A DNA stretch of 39,510 nt from Catajapyx aquilonaris (lineage: Eukaryota). Shown piece after piece: positions 9,893-21,317 of this stretch (within the stretch, counting starts at the first letter, position 1; every line of letters begins with the position of its first letter). The stretch lies in contig JYFJ02003617.1 of NCBI GenBank assembly GCA_000934665.2, positions 1 through 39,510 on the forward strand, given 5' to 3'. The notes beneath the pieces are model-generated. The model was given only the letters and a program-made list of their open reading frames with translations, made no database searches and had not been told where the DNA came from. Position numbers and translations under genes: made by a program.

Positions 9893-12497
9893 TATAGAGA
9901 CCAAGGGCGGAAGTGACTTGAACGCGCGGATAAGACGTGAACTCGTGCATAATGTTAAAGCAACTGAGGGTTTTGCGTGCAGACGCCAATAAGAAATTAG
10001 GTCCTGGCCGGTCCAAGGAAGTTAAGTCGGACCTGAGGGCTGGGTATAATTAGGCTCGCACTTATCTCTGCTCTAATAAAAGGTAATGGTTCAGTGGGGG
10101 CTGCTCGTTTCGGGAGGCCTGCTCTGTAGTTAGCCAATCGTTTCTTGTTGGTTTTTCTCTCCCGGCGTGCGAAGGGGGACACGCTGAGGATAATGAGCAC
10201 TGGGCCCGCCCTTAGGCTTAGGACCTACTGGCCTCCACCAAAAAATACTCGACCTTGCCCCCGCCGACAAGTGAGGACCACCAGGAGACCACTGGTAAAA
10301 GGTCCCATTACTCGGCCGACTTCCCAATTTAGATGACAACTCAGCGCCCCTCGATCTATATCTGCGACTGTGTCCTAAGCGTTTACCATTGCTGGATTAC
10401 CTAATTAAAAGTGGGGAGGCGAAGCTTGCGACCAAGACGCGAGACTCCAAGGATGAGATACCATCTTCTTCCGGGCTATCTCCACATCTCCAGACCAATC
10501 GGCCACCGGAGCCCTTTTTTCTCCAAAGGATGCCCTCTAGTACTGCCTCCCAAATGTGGGCATTTTGTGTACCAATAATATTATAATTGGTTCTCTCGTT
10601 ATGTGTAAAAGTACCATTACTTCCAACACGACATGTTTAATGGAAGATTAATTAGAAAATGCTGACGTTATTACTCACATACTTATGAGGGGAATGTATA
10701 TGAATCAGATGATTGTTACACGGATATAAACTGGTCATTTAAGGCAGACATGGTTCATTTTCTGACATCACCAAGCTGGAGTTTTCGTGGCTCAGCATAT
10801 CCCTTACAATAACTTAGCACACGTTTCGCTATCAAAAAATGATCCATACCCTACAAAATATTTGCAAGCCTTCTTCCCTCTGGGTCAGATCATGCATGAT
10901 GCCCCGCATTCACAGACGCAGCCATCCCCTCTAAGTACACACCAAGTACCGCCGGTGTGAGCGTGCGCCCATTGTCCTCCAGCTTAAAAGGGGAGGTCGT
11001 CCGCCCCAATGTTTGAAAACAATGCCAACAATTGGGGAAGGCCCACCGAACCCAATCGAGGCTGAAGATGGACCAGAAATTCAAAGAGGGATAATCCCCT
11101 CTTCCATTTTTAATTTTTTTATATTTCGGTTAGCCAAGCAGCGTTATGAGCACATAGTGAGTGCCTAGAAAGTTGCGTCAAAACATCGCAAAAAAATGTA
11201 ATAACACTATGAAAAAAATATCCTAAGGATGCCATAAGGGACGTGGCAAAAACCAACCTATTTCTTCACCATATTCGACACAAAAAAGGTGATAATCCTG
11301 CGAAAAAGTGCATGATGAAGATCCCCTTCCAAATTAGATGTAGGCAAGAAATAAGGGCCGCGCTTCAAAAAAAGGGGCGATGCTTTTTTTATTTTTAAAA
11401 AAACGTGATTATATCGGTTGCGTAATTGCTTTTAATTTCCGCTTTCTTAGACTAGGTCGTGTAAGGATGATCCATCCACGTCCTCCCGAAGGAAGAAAAC
11501 TATCTCTCATCATCACGGTGGTGCGATACAAAAACCATCCTCAAACGCCCCTCAAAAAATGGGGTAACCACAACGCTCTTTCTAAACAGGCCTAAGACTT
11601 ATATCCAGTACCCGAAGCTGTCATCCAAATAATACGCTTAGCAGCAAAAAGGTGCCATGATTGCAAAATTTATAGCCAACCTGGCAGCAGCCATCAGCTA
11701 CTAAAAATCCGCCACGCAAAATTCATGGGGCTCGTGCGTTACACACACAAAAAGGTGGACCTAAGCTTTTAATTAATTCCGAGCGTAATTAGGTCGCCAA
11801 GGGGAAAAATCTTCCCTGCGAAAGTCTCCATTAGTCCTCAGGACCATCATATTTCAAGGGTAGACTGGACTTGAATTGCAGGCTCAGTTGGCCCCCCCAG
11901 CACCTACCCCCATCTACACACACCCCTAATTTGAATCAGATAATAAAAAAATCGAGCTGGATGCCAGCAGTTTACTAATGAAGCCTAATGTCCGCCCTTT
12001 AGCTCGCGTTTTTATTGTGCGTTTATACCGAAAAATCGGAGCCGCGCCATCAATATTATATGCTCCGAATTATTTGCCTTGGGAAGACATAAACGACTGT
12101 TTAAGAAACCAGTTGCTTCGCATAATCTGGTCGATAGCTGTAAATCAACACGGCTCAAAATTTTGGTTATAAAAGGGTATGTTTTAAGGGGGGCATTTAC
12201 ATCCCAGCTAAATTGTGATATTCTTTGGTACTGCACATTAATAGTGATTGTTAATCCGCTTCATAAAAATGGCTTCGTATAATACACAATATTTCCAAGC
12301 CAAATAATCCAAAATTTATCACACCCTGCATGTACAGTGCTGTACATAAATGGTGTCGTATTGGTGGCGCCCAACCTGCTGGCGGCAAAAGAACGAATCG
12401 AAAGTGATGAATTAGCAACCAATGCAACGCCGTTTGCCGACAACGGCTCGTGGCACCGCCAGTACGACACCATTTGTGTCCAGCACTGTACGTATTA

Positions 12498-12633
12498 TCG
12501 GGTTCAAATACTTTTGGCCATTTTATCCTGGTCTTGAAGCAACCCTTCGCACAGGCCCCATGTTGAGCAGGTGTGTGTGTGTGAAGGGTTGCTTGAAGAC
12601 AAGGATAAAGTGGCCAAAACAATATGAGCCCCA
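12498..12633. mobile_element. Fold-back MITE with about 54-bp arms, TA-flanked
   Basis: Left arm GGGTTCAAATACTTTTGGCCATTTTATCCTGGTCTTGAAGCAACCCTTCGCACA versus reverse complement of the right arm GGGCTCATATTGTTTTGGCCACTTTATCCTTGTCTTCAAGCAACCCTTCACACA. Confidence 0.8.
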
Positions 12634-12669
12634 TAGTACATAATGTGGAAAATTTTAGAAAAACATTTG

Positions 12670-12938
12670 GAGGGCACCAGTTCTTCGCATGGTGATTGAT
12701 AGATCAAAGAAATGTGGGCCAGATGAGACATTAAACATCATTTAAAAAACAAAGAAATTCTAAATTTTGGGTATTTAGACTCGAAAAATTGCAGTTTTCG
12801 GACATTTCCCTGAATCAGCAGCACGTGAAACGTCAGTCTGCCAAGTTTCAGATCTCAGTAGTCGTAATGTGGGTTAGGTAGCTTCGACATACGAAAATAC
12901 CAACAAACATTCTGCTTCATATACAATGTAAGATAAGA
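12670..12938 (-). mobile_element. Non-autonomous Helitron-like element, family L copy 1 (3' end decayed)
   Basis: Homologous to 30799..31079 (TGCCAAGTTTCAG, GTGGGT(T/A)AGGTAGC, AAATACCAACAAAC, TAAGAT). The minus strand begins A|TCTTATCTTA. Confidence 0.65.
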
Positions 12939-13144
12939 TTAAGAAGCACAACATCCATTTTTATGAATAATCACTATTAGTCCTGATCTTTATCGCTTTG
13001 TAAGCTTGTAAAGTGCCACTTGTGACTCCAGATATTTCGCACAAATCGGCGATGGTCTAGTGACCTCTTAGCACAGAGGGCCAACCCAAAGATGGGGTCA
13101 GAAGCCCCAAAGATTCTCCCCCCATTTCCCCCCTTATTGAAGCA

Positions 13145-13300
13145 CACCTGTCGCTTCATAAACCCGCGGCTGGGTTGGAAAAAAATAGAGGGTCACGTGC
13201 ATCCGATCCTGGCCTCCGATTGGAGCTCCGGCACGCGTTTCTGGTAGGGAGAGGAAGCCCTCTCGGCCACGCTATAAATGGTCTCATTTCTGGCCAGGTG
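13145..13300 (+). promoter_or_regulatory. atonal proximal promoter: TATA box, CCAAT box, E-boxes and HES-type site
   Basis: TATAAAT at 13273-13279; ATTGG (reverse CCAAT) at 13219-13223; GGCACGCGTT at 13230-13239; E-boxes CACCTG at 13145, CACGTG at 13194 and CAGGTG at 13295. All lie within about 220 bp of the ATG. Confidence 0.7.
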
Positions 13301-13350
13301 CTCGGGCCAAGCGGACGGTGGTTGCCTTTAGTGAACAGTGATTTCTTGCC

Positions 13351-13359
13351 ATGTGCTGA
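13351..13359 (+). promoter_or_regulatory. Minimal uORF ATG-TGC-TGA, in frame with and directly abutting the atonal ATG
   Basis: Sequence reads gcc ATG TGC TGA ATG GAT, downstream of the TATA box and so probably inside the 5'UTR. Confidence 0.6.
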
Positions 13360-14013
13360 ATGGATCACTCGAGCAGCATGTATCATTTCAAGTACCTTCC
13401 GTCCCTGAAGGCGTCCGGACTCCAGATATCCGAGGCCGACCTGGGCGCGTTGATGACCTCGGTTGACACGGGGTCAGACGGATGTCACACACCGAGTCCG
13501 GTCAGCTTCTGCTCTACGCCCAATCCGGCCAGTCCAGGCTCGGAGTCTGAATCGGACAAACCCGTGTTCGTCACGTTGCAAACAGCCAAGAGTCCGTACC
13601 CTCCGACCCAACCTGAGGAATACCAGGAGTACCACCAACCTGACACTGCTTCGTCAGGAGACATCGACATTGCCGCGACAGCCGCAGCAGCCGCAGCAGC
13701 ATTGGCAGCCATATCATCCCTGCCGTCATCCGCATCGTCAAACACGTCGTCCAGTAGCAGCAGCAGCACGTCGTCCGAGCCATGTCCCAGCGGCAAGAAG
13801 AGGACGTGCAAGCAGTCCAACCCAACAGTGGTCAAGAAGAGGAGGCTGGCAGCAAACGCACGCGAGAGGAGACGTATGCAGAATCTGAACACCGCCTTCG
13901 ACAGACTTCGAACAGTGCTGCCCAGCCTTGGCAACGACCGACAGCTGTCCAAGTACGAGACTCTTCAGATGGCACAGAGCTACATCAATGCCTTGTACGA
14001 ACTTATTCAGTAA
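13360..14013 (+). CDS. ato: Atonal-family proneural bHLH transcription factor, intronless, 217 aa
   Basis: C-terminal b[62 protein letters not shown] carries the Atonal signatures [18 protein letters not shown] and [12 protein letters not shown]. It looks closer to Drosophila Atonal than to Amos or Cato from recalled sequences. The N-terminus is low-complexity, with poly-Ala, poly-Ser and S/T-P motifs. The true start could be 13360 or 13378. Confidence 0.95.
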   Translation: MDHSSSMYHFKYLPSLKASGLQISEADLGALMTSVDTGSDGCHTPSPVSFCSTPNPASPGSESESDKPVFVTLQTAKSPYPPTQPEEYQEYHQPDTASSGDIDIAATAAAAAAALAAISSLPSSASSNTSSSSSSSTSSEPCPSGKKRTCKQSNPTVVKKRRLAANARERRRMQNLNTAFDRLRTVLPSLGNDRQLSKYETLQMAQSYINALYELIQ

Positions 14014-16025
14014 CCCGGTAAGGTTGTACAGCTCTCTTGTAATGTTTGGCGTCCTCTCCCTTTTTTAAAAAAAAGAAAGACATCGACTGAAATCGCTCCG
14101 TCCAGTGGTATATTATTAGAGACTGATCTCCCTCCTGCTTTTTCGTGCCTTCTGTCTGATGTCGGTGCTTCTCTAGTCGACCGCTGTATACCGGACCAGT
14201 CCAGGCCCAAAGGGAAGGAATGTGGGGGCCAAAATATGTGGGGCAAAGATTATTGGTTATTATTTGAGTGGTTTTTTTTTTTTCTTCTTCTATACGTGTG
14301 AGGATTGTAGCACCAACTTCTTTTCGAGGGATTGTTTTTTTCTCAACAGATTCAGGCCGGTTGTATGAATGTAAATAGTGGGAAAATCAAACAGGAAGGC
14401 GAATCTCGTACATCTCGTAAAAACAATTGTAAGAATTTTTAGTGAATCTATTTTCCCCCAGGAAAGTTTTCGCAGTGCAGTTAATACAATCGGCCTCGAT
14501 CAATCATTTTTTTTTAAATAGGGTGCTTTTCGATCTGCGAAACGATTTTAATAATTCGGATTTCCAAACTAGCATATTGACTGTGAAAACCAATCATATG
14601 AATTTACGTTTCAATTGCCAATCTGTCATAAATAATAATCAGTTCTGACAATTGATATTTGAAAATGATTCTAAAACTATATAATTTTAATACCAATCGC
14701 AATTGACACATCTAACGCTTTGAAACGTTAAAAAAGCTATTTAAGTGCAGCGTTATTTTATGACCAATGAAGTTTCTTTAAAATTTATCCAATAATTGAT
14801 GAATCTACAATTTGTGAAAATCTGCCTAAATGCTACTCTAATGTACAGGATATGCCAGTTTGTACAGACTTGTTGAATAAGCCCCAGAAATAGTGTTCAG
14901 GGCCAGAATTTTTTAAAAAAAACCCAAGCTCGATTTTACGACAGACTGAATTATTTTCTTCGCCATCAATGGTGCCAACGCTTATTTTTTGAATGGGCTC
15001 AGATTTTTTTTTAAACTCTCAACCCGTTTGCTTCTGGCGCAATTCCCATCAAAATCCTACAGAAAAAAGGCGCCTAATTATTTTCCCTCAAAATTAAGAT
15101 CCAATGGCAGTAATTCCTTCCTCACTTACGGCTTGTAAAAACCTCACCAGCCAATTAAATGCTCCTGTACTTGATTAATTCCCGGACAAGGTTATCCAAA
15201 CCGTTCTTTTGTCCACACCTCAGCAGCCATTCCTTCTGTTGCTAAACTCATAAGTGCTAAAACTCACAGCTGGGCCTGTGGACGAGCATGGAAATGAATT
15301 GACTTCAGGTTTGTCCAATCGGGAGAATCAGTGACCGTGAAAGGGAGAATGAGACGTAACAGGGGAAGGAATTAACGTCGTACCGCACGAGAGATGCGTA
15401 CATGATCGGGACACCAAGTTCGTTGACACTAAGGTCAGTATTGGCCCCCACATTTAATTGGTATGATCCCAAAGCCGCACGAGAAAAAAAACAACAACAA
15501 CTTATCGCTCGATCTGTTTTGCTCTTCGGCCCACGGGCGACTTGGCGGCAGCCTGGAATTTATAAGGTCCGGACATGAAAAATGCCTGACAATTTGGTAT
15601 TCAGACTCCTCCGTCACTGTCACCACGAGATCCATCATCGAACGATGATGCCCCCCATTTTTTTTTCTTCAGGGGACCCACACTTTCAACGAAGAATCCC
15701 TTATCTTTTTCGTGCTGTCAAAATATAGAAGAAAAGGGTAAGCGATGCCACGTTTTGATAATAACTGACTCTCCAATGTGCATTTATATATATTTTTTTG
15801 AAATAAAAAAAATACTCAAGTGTTCAAGTACAGTACCCAATGCTCAAGTCTCTTTCTAGTGATGTGTAATTAAAGTACATATATTTTTTATGTGGTAGGG
15901 TGTGTTTGTCTAGCAAATAGGCCTTTTTTTTGGAGGGGGAAAATTTGTGGACGGTAAACACTGGATGTGTACATTGTTAGCTGGTAAGAACTTAGCTCCC
16001 GATTAGTGCAAGACGAGCGCCATAA

Positions 16026-16136
16026 TGGATCGTCCATAAAGTATGTCACCATTGGGCATTTGGAACCATCACACCTCGAAAATCACCATTAAAACTTTTG
16101 AACATGTCACGCTTTACGTACTTTATGGACGACTCA
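16026..16136. mobile_element. PIF/Harbinger (Tourist-like) MITE with TAA target-site duplication
   Basis: TAA|TGGATCGTCCATAAAGTATGT ... ACGTACTTTATGGACGACTCA|TAA. Confidence 0.8.
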
Positions 16137-16542
16137 TAAGCACAGTGCCAAAATGCTGTTATTCATGCCATAATTCGTGTGCCTTTTTTGCTCGGACATA
16201 CAAAAAGCATCGGAGTGCTAGAGTGATAGTTTGTTAAAAAATTTTTTTTTGAAGAAACACGGACAAAATGTAGTGTATTTTCTAAACGGTATAACAGTGG
16301 AGCAATATTTGTACCTGTAAAAAAATAGAGCCTGACCACCATGCAGGCAGTGTTGTAAATAAAAAGACGAGGCTTTTTACTACATGTCTTTTCTTGCCTT
16401 CTTTGGAAGGAGTCTCAGTTTCAGATGGTTCATTCATCATCTTTTGGGTACCAAAATTAAAGGACAAGTATGATTCGATGGAGCCTTCCACGTAAATGCA
16501 CCCATTCCGTGCAGACCCTTCCAGTCCTCCAAAAAAAAATTT

Positions 16543-16566
16543 AGAAGAAGAAGAAGAAGAAGAAGA
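16543..16566. repeat. (AGA)8 microsatellite
   Basis: Seen directly. Other simple repeats: (AG)n at 5189-5205, (GGA)n near 24027-24047, poly-C at 24269-24282, (TTG)n near 31266-31286. Confidence 0.9.
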
Positions 16567-17061
16567 GAGAACGTACCTGCCATAATAAAGTCCTAATTCG
16601 CTCTAGTCTGCTGACACGCCCCATAAAAAAAGACCCGACATGTCATTAATCATCCATGGGTATTTCGGGGGTCCCACACTGGATCCAAAGGGTTGACAAA
16701 TGAACGGCAGCCGCAATAATTGGAAAGGAAATCCGGGTAAGGTCGTCACTCCAGCGAAATCCAAGGCGTTTTGTAACATTGGTATCAAACGTGTCATAAT
16801 TACCTGACCTAAACAGCCTCCTCATAATTGGAGCAACAAGACATTCAGATTACTTCTGAATGGAAAGAAAAAAAGGTGCCTTTTCCCCACCAGTGTTAAA
16901 ACGTGATGAAAAATGTTCTCTCAAGATTCGGGTGGGGTTTCTCAGAGTTCTCTAGTTTCTACTCATCACCAGTCGTCAAACTGTATTATCCACGAGCCTT
17001 GAATTGCTATAGTTTTATTCTGACAGACATTTTACTCATTGTGACGTCATTTCTCTTATCT

Positions 17062-17176
17062 GAGAACAATCTGATCGGCCACTCACTCCAGCAGTTGCGC
17101 ATGCGCATTTTCCGTTGATGAGCACGCAGACTTGCATTACGCATGCGTGATTGGAGTGTGTAATCCATCAGTTCTC
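17062..17176. repeat. Decayed inverted repeat containing GCGCATGCGC and ACGCATGCGT
   Basis: GAGAAC..CTGATCGGCCACTCACTCCA..CGCATGCG pairs imperfectly with CGCATGCGTGATTGGAGTGTGTAATCCATCAGTTCTC. Confidence 0.45.
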
Positions 17177-17595
17177 CCTCCCATCCTGATGGGGTCGATC
17201 CACCACTGAATAATTCGAGCCTTTGGCAATAATTAATCAACAATTTATGCCAAATGAAGGTATCCAGACCGAGTTAAGCTAAGGGCCGTCGTCAGGTGGT
17301 TATTAAGAACAAGTTGGAACCATTTGTCAGGCCCGGTTGGGCAAAAAGAAATTCCGAAAGGTTTTCAAACCCAGGAGAATAGCCGCGGCCTCTTGGAGTT
17401 GACAAACGAACCCACGACCGCAATATTCGGAATCCTATTGACCCACATGCTAACTAATGGAGGCAATAGGAGAGGCAAAAAGGTGCTGGGCGTGCCTTCT
17501 AAATAAAGCCATAACTATTATAAGAGCCTGAAAATGGGTGGAGGAGGTCAGGAAACCACCCAAGAAACAAAGATAAAGCAGAAATCATTTTTGTA

Positions 17596-17924
17596 CAGGG
17601 CGGTGCACTGCCCAAGTTCTATCATGAAGCTGTACATGTAGGAGAAGACGTGATTCTTGAAATTATTTTGTGGGGATTAATTTTATATTCACTTACTTTT
17701 AGTTACCTTCATTATGTATTTTTTATTTGCACTTCCTCCACTTGATAGTAGCCTGCAATTATTCGACAATTTTGGTTGAAATTCTACTTTCATCTTATTT
17801 TTGTCAACAATTTTCTGACCCTATTTTTTGTGACTGCTGCTCAAATTATAGATGTAATTCAACAGTTATTTTTTAACTGGTTAGTGGAAGAGTATGACCA
17901 AACCTTGGGAAGTGTACCACCCTG
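17596..17924. mobile_element. Tc1/mariner-type MITE, family T
   Basis: TA|CAGGGCGGTGCACTGCCCAAG ... CTTGGGAAGTGTACCACCCTG|TA: 21-bp TIR with 3 mismatches and an AT-rich interior. Confidence 0.8.
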
Positions 17925-20900
17925 TACATAAGACAATCTAGGGACCTATAGGGGATAAACTCCTCTGCAAGACGAATAACCCCGGTATAATCTCGCAATC
18001 TTTCTTCTTTTCCCCCACATCTTTTTTCCACCGGTGGTTTTCTTTAAAAAAAAAAGTTTAAAAAAAGGCTAGTGTTTCGTAGCCCGCCACCAACATCGGA
18101 CCCCCACTCTAGGGTGGTAGTTAAGCCTCATTAAAAATCGCTCCTCAATTAAAGGGAGGTAACCCGGAATGACCTATGCGGGGCTGGCAATTTCCTCTCT
18201 TTTTCCTCTTCTTTCTTTACCATTTTTTTTTCTCATTCCCTTCATCTATTCCTCTATTTCTCCCGCCGGCTTTCCAAACGTGTGTGTATGTATAGAGGTA
18301 GCTTGTCAATGCCTCCGGTGACCGTATAATGCTGGAGCAAACCCGGATTCCAAGCCATGATCTTGAGCTGGTTGGTTCCTTGCCCCACCCGCAATTGCTG
18401 TGGGCAACTCATTCTTCAAGTGCGCAAACGAGACGTCGCCTGTCGGCAAATTATTGCCTCTTTTCCTGACTAAAAAGGGGATTGATTATGACACTAGCAT
18501 TTCTATATTAATTATGGGTGACCCCACACGTGGGATGAATTTAGTGGGATTAATTTTGCAGGGGATGTGACCAAGGGGCAGTTGTTACGCGTACGTCAAT
18601 TCTGGTTAGGGGATGACGTTGGAAAAATTCCTGCATTAATTATTATTAGGTCTGCTTTATTACTTTAATATATAGGCAATCCGGGGGAAGTAGGCCTAAT
18701 GAAAGCAAGGTAGGAATCAAAAAAAAAAAATTCATTCATCCCGAGGCTGTCATGAATATTGACAAAAATCTTTTGGCGCTTTCTTCCCTACTTTCCATAG
18801 ATGTTAAATTAATATCTATGCTACTTTCATTATTTCTATTCGTGTCACATTAAATAATAGTCAATAATGCTGTGGGGGCTCAATTTCGTAAAAATGTAAT
18901 GTCCATATTTTTTCATATCATTTTCCATAATATATTTCTGGCACTTTTTACCTAACGCTATATGGAGGTTATTGCTACTGTTTAGTGCAAAATATTTGCA
19001 AACATTTGCTGATAATACGAACACTTTAATAATTTACATTCTCTCCACATTCTTCTACTTACTGTCAGACATGCCGTTTGGCCATTCGATTTGTCCTAAC
19101 ATTCGCATGCATCCCTGGTCCAGCAGTAATGGATTCCTCAAGCAATCTTTCGCACGATTTTTATCTCAGCCCTTTTTCTTAAAAAAACGAATTGGCCAAG
19201 GTGGCCACTTGTTAAGGACAAAGGAGTTAAGTGGCAGCCCGGAGCCATCAGTTTGGCTCACTTGGAACACCCCTTGCGATCAGAGATACGTACCAAGCAA
19301 CAGCAGGATTGCAAATCTGATTACTCTTCCCTCCAGCCATAGATCGCGAAAAAAATCCTTGTGCAAATTTTTCCTGCCCTTACCCAACCCACAAACACAT
19401 GCCGCACAATTACAGCTCCAGCTCCCTGAGAAGCCTGCCCCGGGGCCAAACACCCCCCGGGCTACACACGCAATTTTTCGAATCCGGCGACAATTACACA
19501 TCTCGAAAGTACATGACTAACCAGGCTCTAATTTGAAATTTATAGATTTCGTGTTCATCCCCCCCAAAAAATTCCATGCTTAGTAATCATTTACAGCCCA
19601 ATTTTCCAGGGCAAACATTATCAGGGGATCTAGTTTTTTTTTCCTCTCTAGGGGAGAAAGAGAGTATCAGTCTGTCTATCTTCAGATTTGCTGGAGAAAG
19701 CATCACTACTGAACCTTTTGGGAGGAAAAGGGGGGGTGCAATTCATCCATCCCTTCCGGCTCTGGGCTGCACAGGGTTTTGGTTATATCACGGGCGAAAT
19801 CTCCAGATATTAGTCACTTGCCCCATTCTCCGGGGGGCAAAAAGGCTCTCGCTTTGCCTTTCCACTCACTCATACCTTTTTTGGAAAAAGTCCAACAAAA
19901 AGTCAAGACAGCACCTCCCCAACCTTAGCAGCCAACTTCTCTTATAAGCAGTCCACACGCACACAAAAGGGAGGGGGGGAATCCTTTTCCGTATCAGACT
20001 TCATCTTTACCTCTTTTCTAGTGCAACGGAAGCCAGATCGTGGCCCACTCTTTTGATGAAGATTTCACACGCTAAGCTTCTGTGCCCAAATTGAAAATAT
20101 CAAAATCGCAACAAATGTTGAAAGCAAGACCATTTTTATCTAGAAGTTTGTCATACACTATATAGGTGATCTTGTTAATAATACACAGTGTTTTCATCTG
20201 CTGATTTCTTATAAGAAATTGTCCACTTGTTCCATGTGTTTGCAGCCATAGGTTTATGCTAAGTTCGTTCGGTTTTTCGGGGAAAAAATAGAAAATACAA
20301 ATATAATAGTCGACCTTGCTCTGATATACAGAAAGTGAAGCAAGGTTGCCATAGAAGTTGAGGGGAGAAAAAGGCAGCTGTAAAGTGACATCCAAGAGTG
20401 ATGGTGGCACGATTTAGATGCGACCCGGTGGCCAAGTGGCCCACTATCCCTTTGCCTTCATCAGGGTCAGGACTAAAGTATATAAAAAATATCACACTTA
20501 TTTCCTACCTGCATGTCAATCAAACACATTCTCGAAAATCACTGTCACATCATTTTGCAATACACAGGAATTCACCCTAAATATTTTTAGCACCTTGTAT
20601 AATGTGCGATAAAATATCGCCTGGTTGTTTACAGCACAGTCCCTTTGGCAATGCAATTGTGCCCCGAATTACTCCAAGCCCAATTGCCTCCATTTCATGC
20701 CCTTGTCAGCTGCCTCCTTGAGATGGCCAAAATAAAAAGAGACCCGCCACCTCCCACCCAACGCCATTTTTTTTCTCTCTCTCTTTCAAATGTTATCCCT
20801 TTCGGGTGGTGTGGGCCTTCACCTGTTGCACTGCTCTTCACAGGCCTAATTTTCCTCCTACTGCCGCAGACCTGAAATGGAAATGTCAGGTCAAGCAATC

Positions 20901-21317
20901 TTTTGTCTTCCAGTTCCACGAATCTTGGCTGGAGGAAGGGGCCAAGAAACAAATTGGCTCAAATTGGCCACACAAGACAGCTTAATGGCACTTTCCAAAA
21001 AGTCGCGGGTGTATCAGCTAGACAAGTGCTCTGTGCCAAGGATAGGCTCGAGTCATGCTCGGTGTTGGGATGAAAATCAAGTAAGAACAGGGAACGTGCC
21101 AGGTTGAACCGGGCAAGGTCGAGTCTGAAACTGTCATTTACACGAGACACCTTTGGTCAAGTATGTCATAGTCCAGCAGAGGGACTAAATTTAAATTTTC
21201 ATAAGTTTTATTCGTTAGTGTACAGATAAGTGAGTGTTACAGATAAATAAGCCGATGTGAATTATCCTACTTGGATTGCACTATATTCTTCAACTTCTAT
21301 AATAGGCAAATTCAAAC

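Noticed and set aside
13485..13952. 155-aa antisense ORF and other alternative-frame ORFs over atonal
   Set aside because: Shadow ORFs caused by GC-rich codons and GCA/AGC repeats of the real gene.
18972..19520. 182-aa ORF, the longest after atonal (also 1427..1915, 33703..34110, 35487..35828)
   Set aside because: Non-ATG starts, no recognisable domain, homopolymer runs and non-coding composition.
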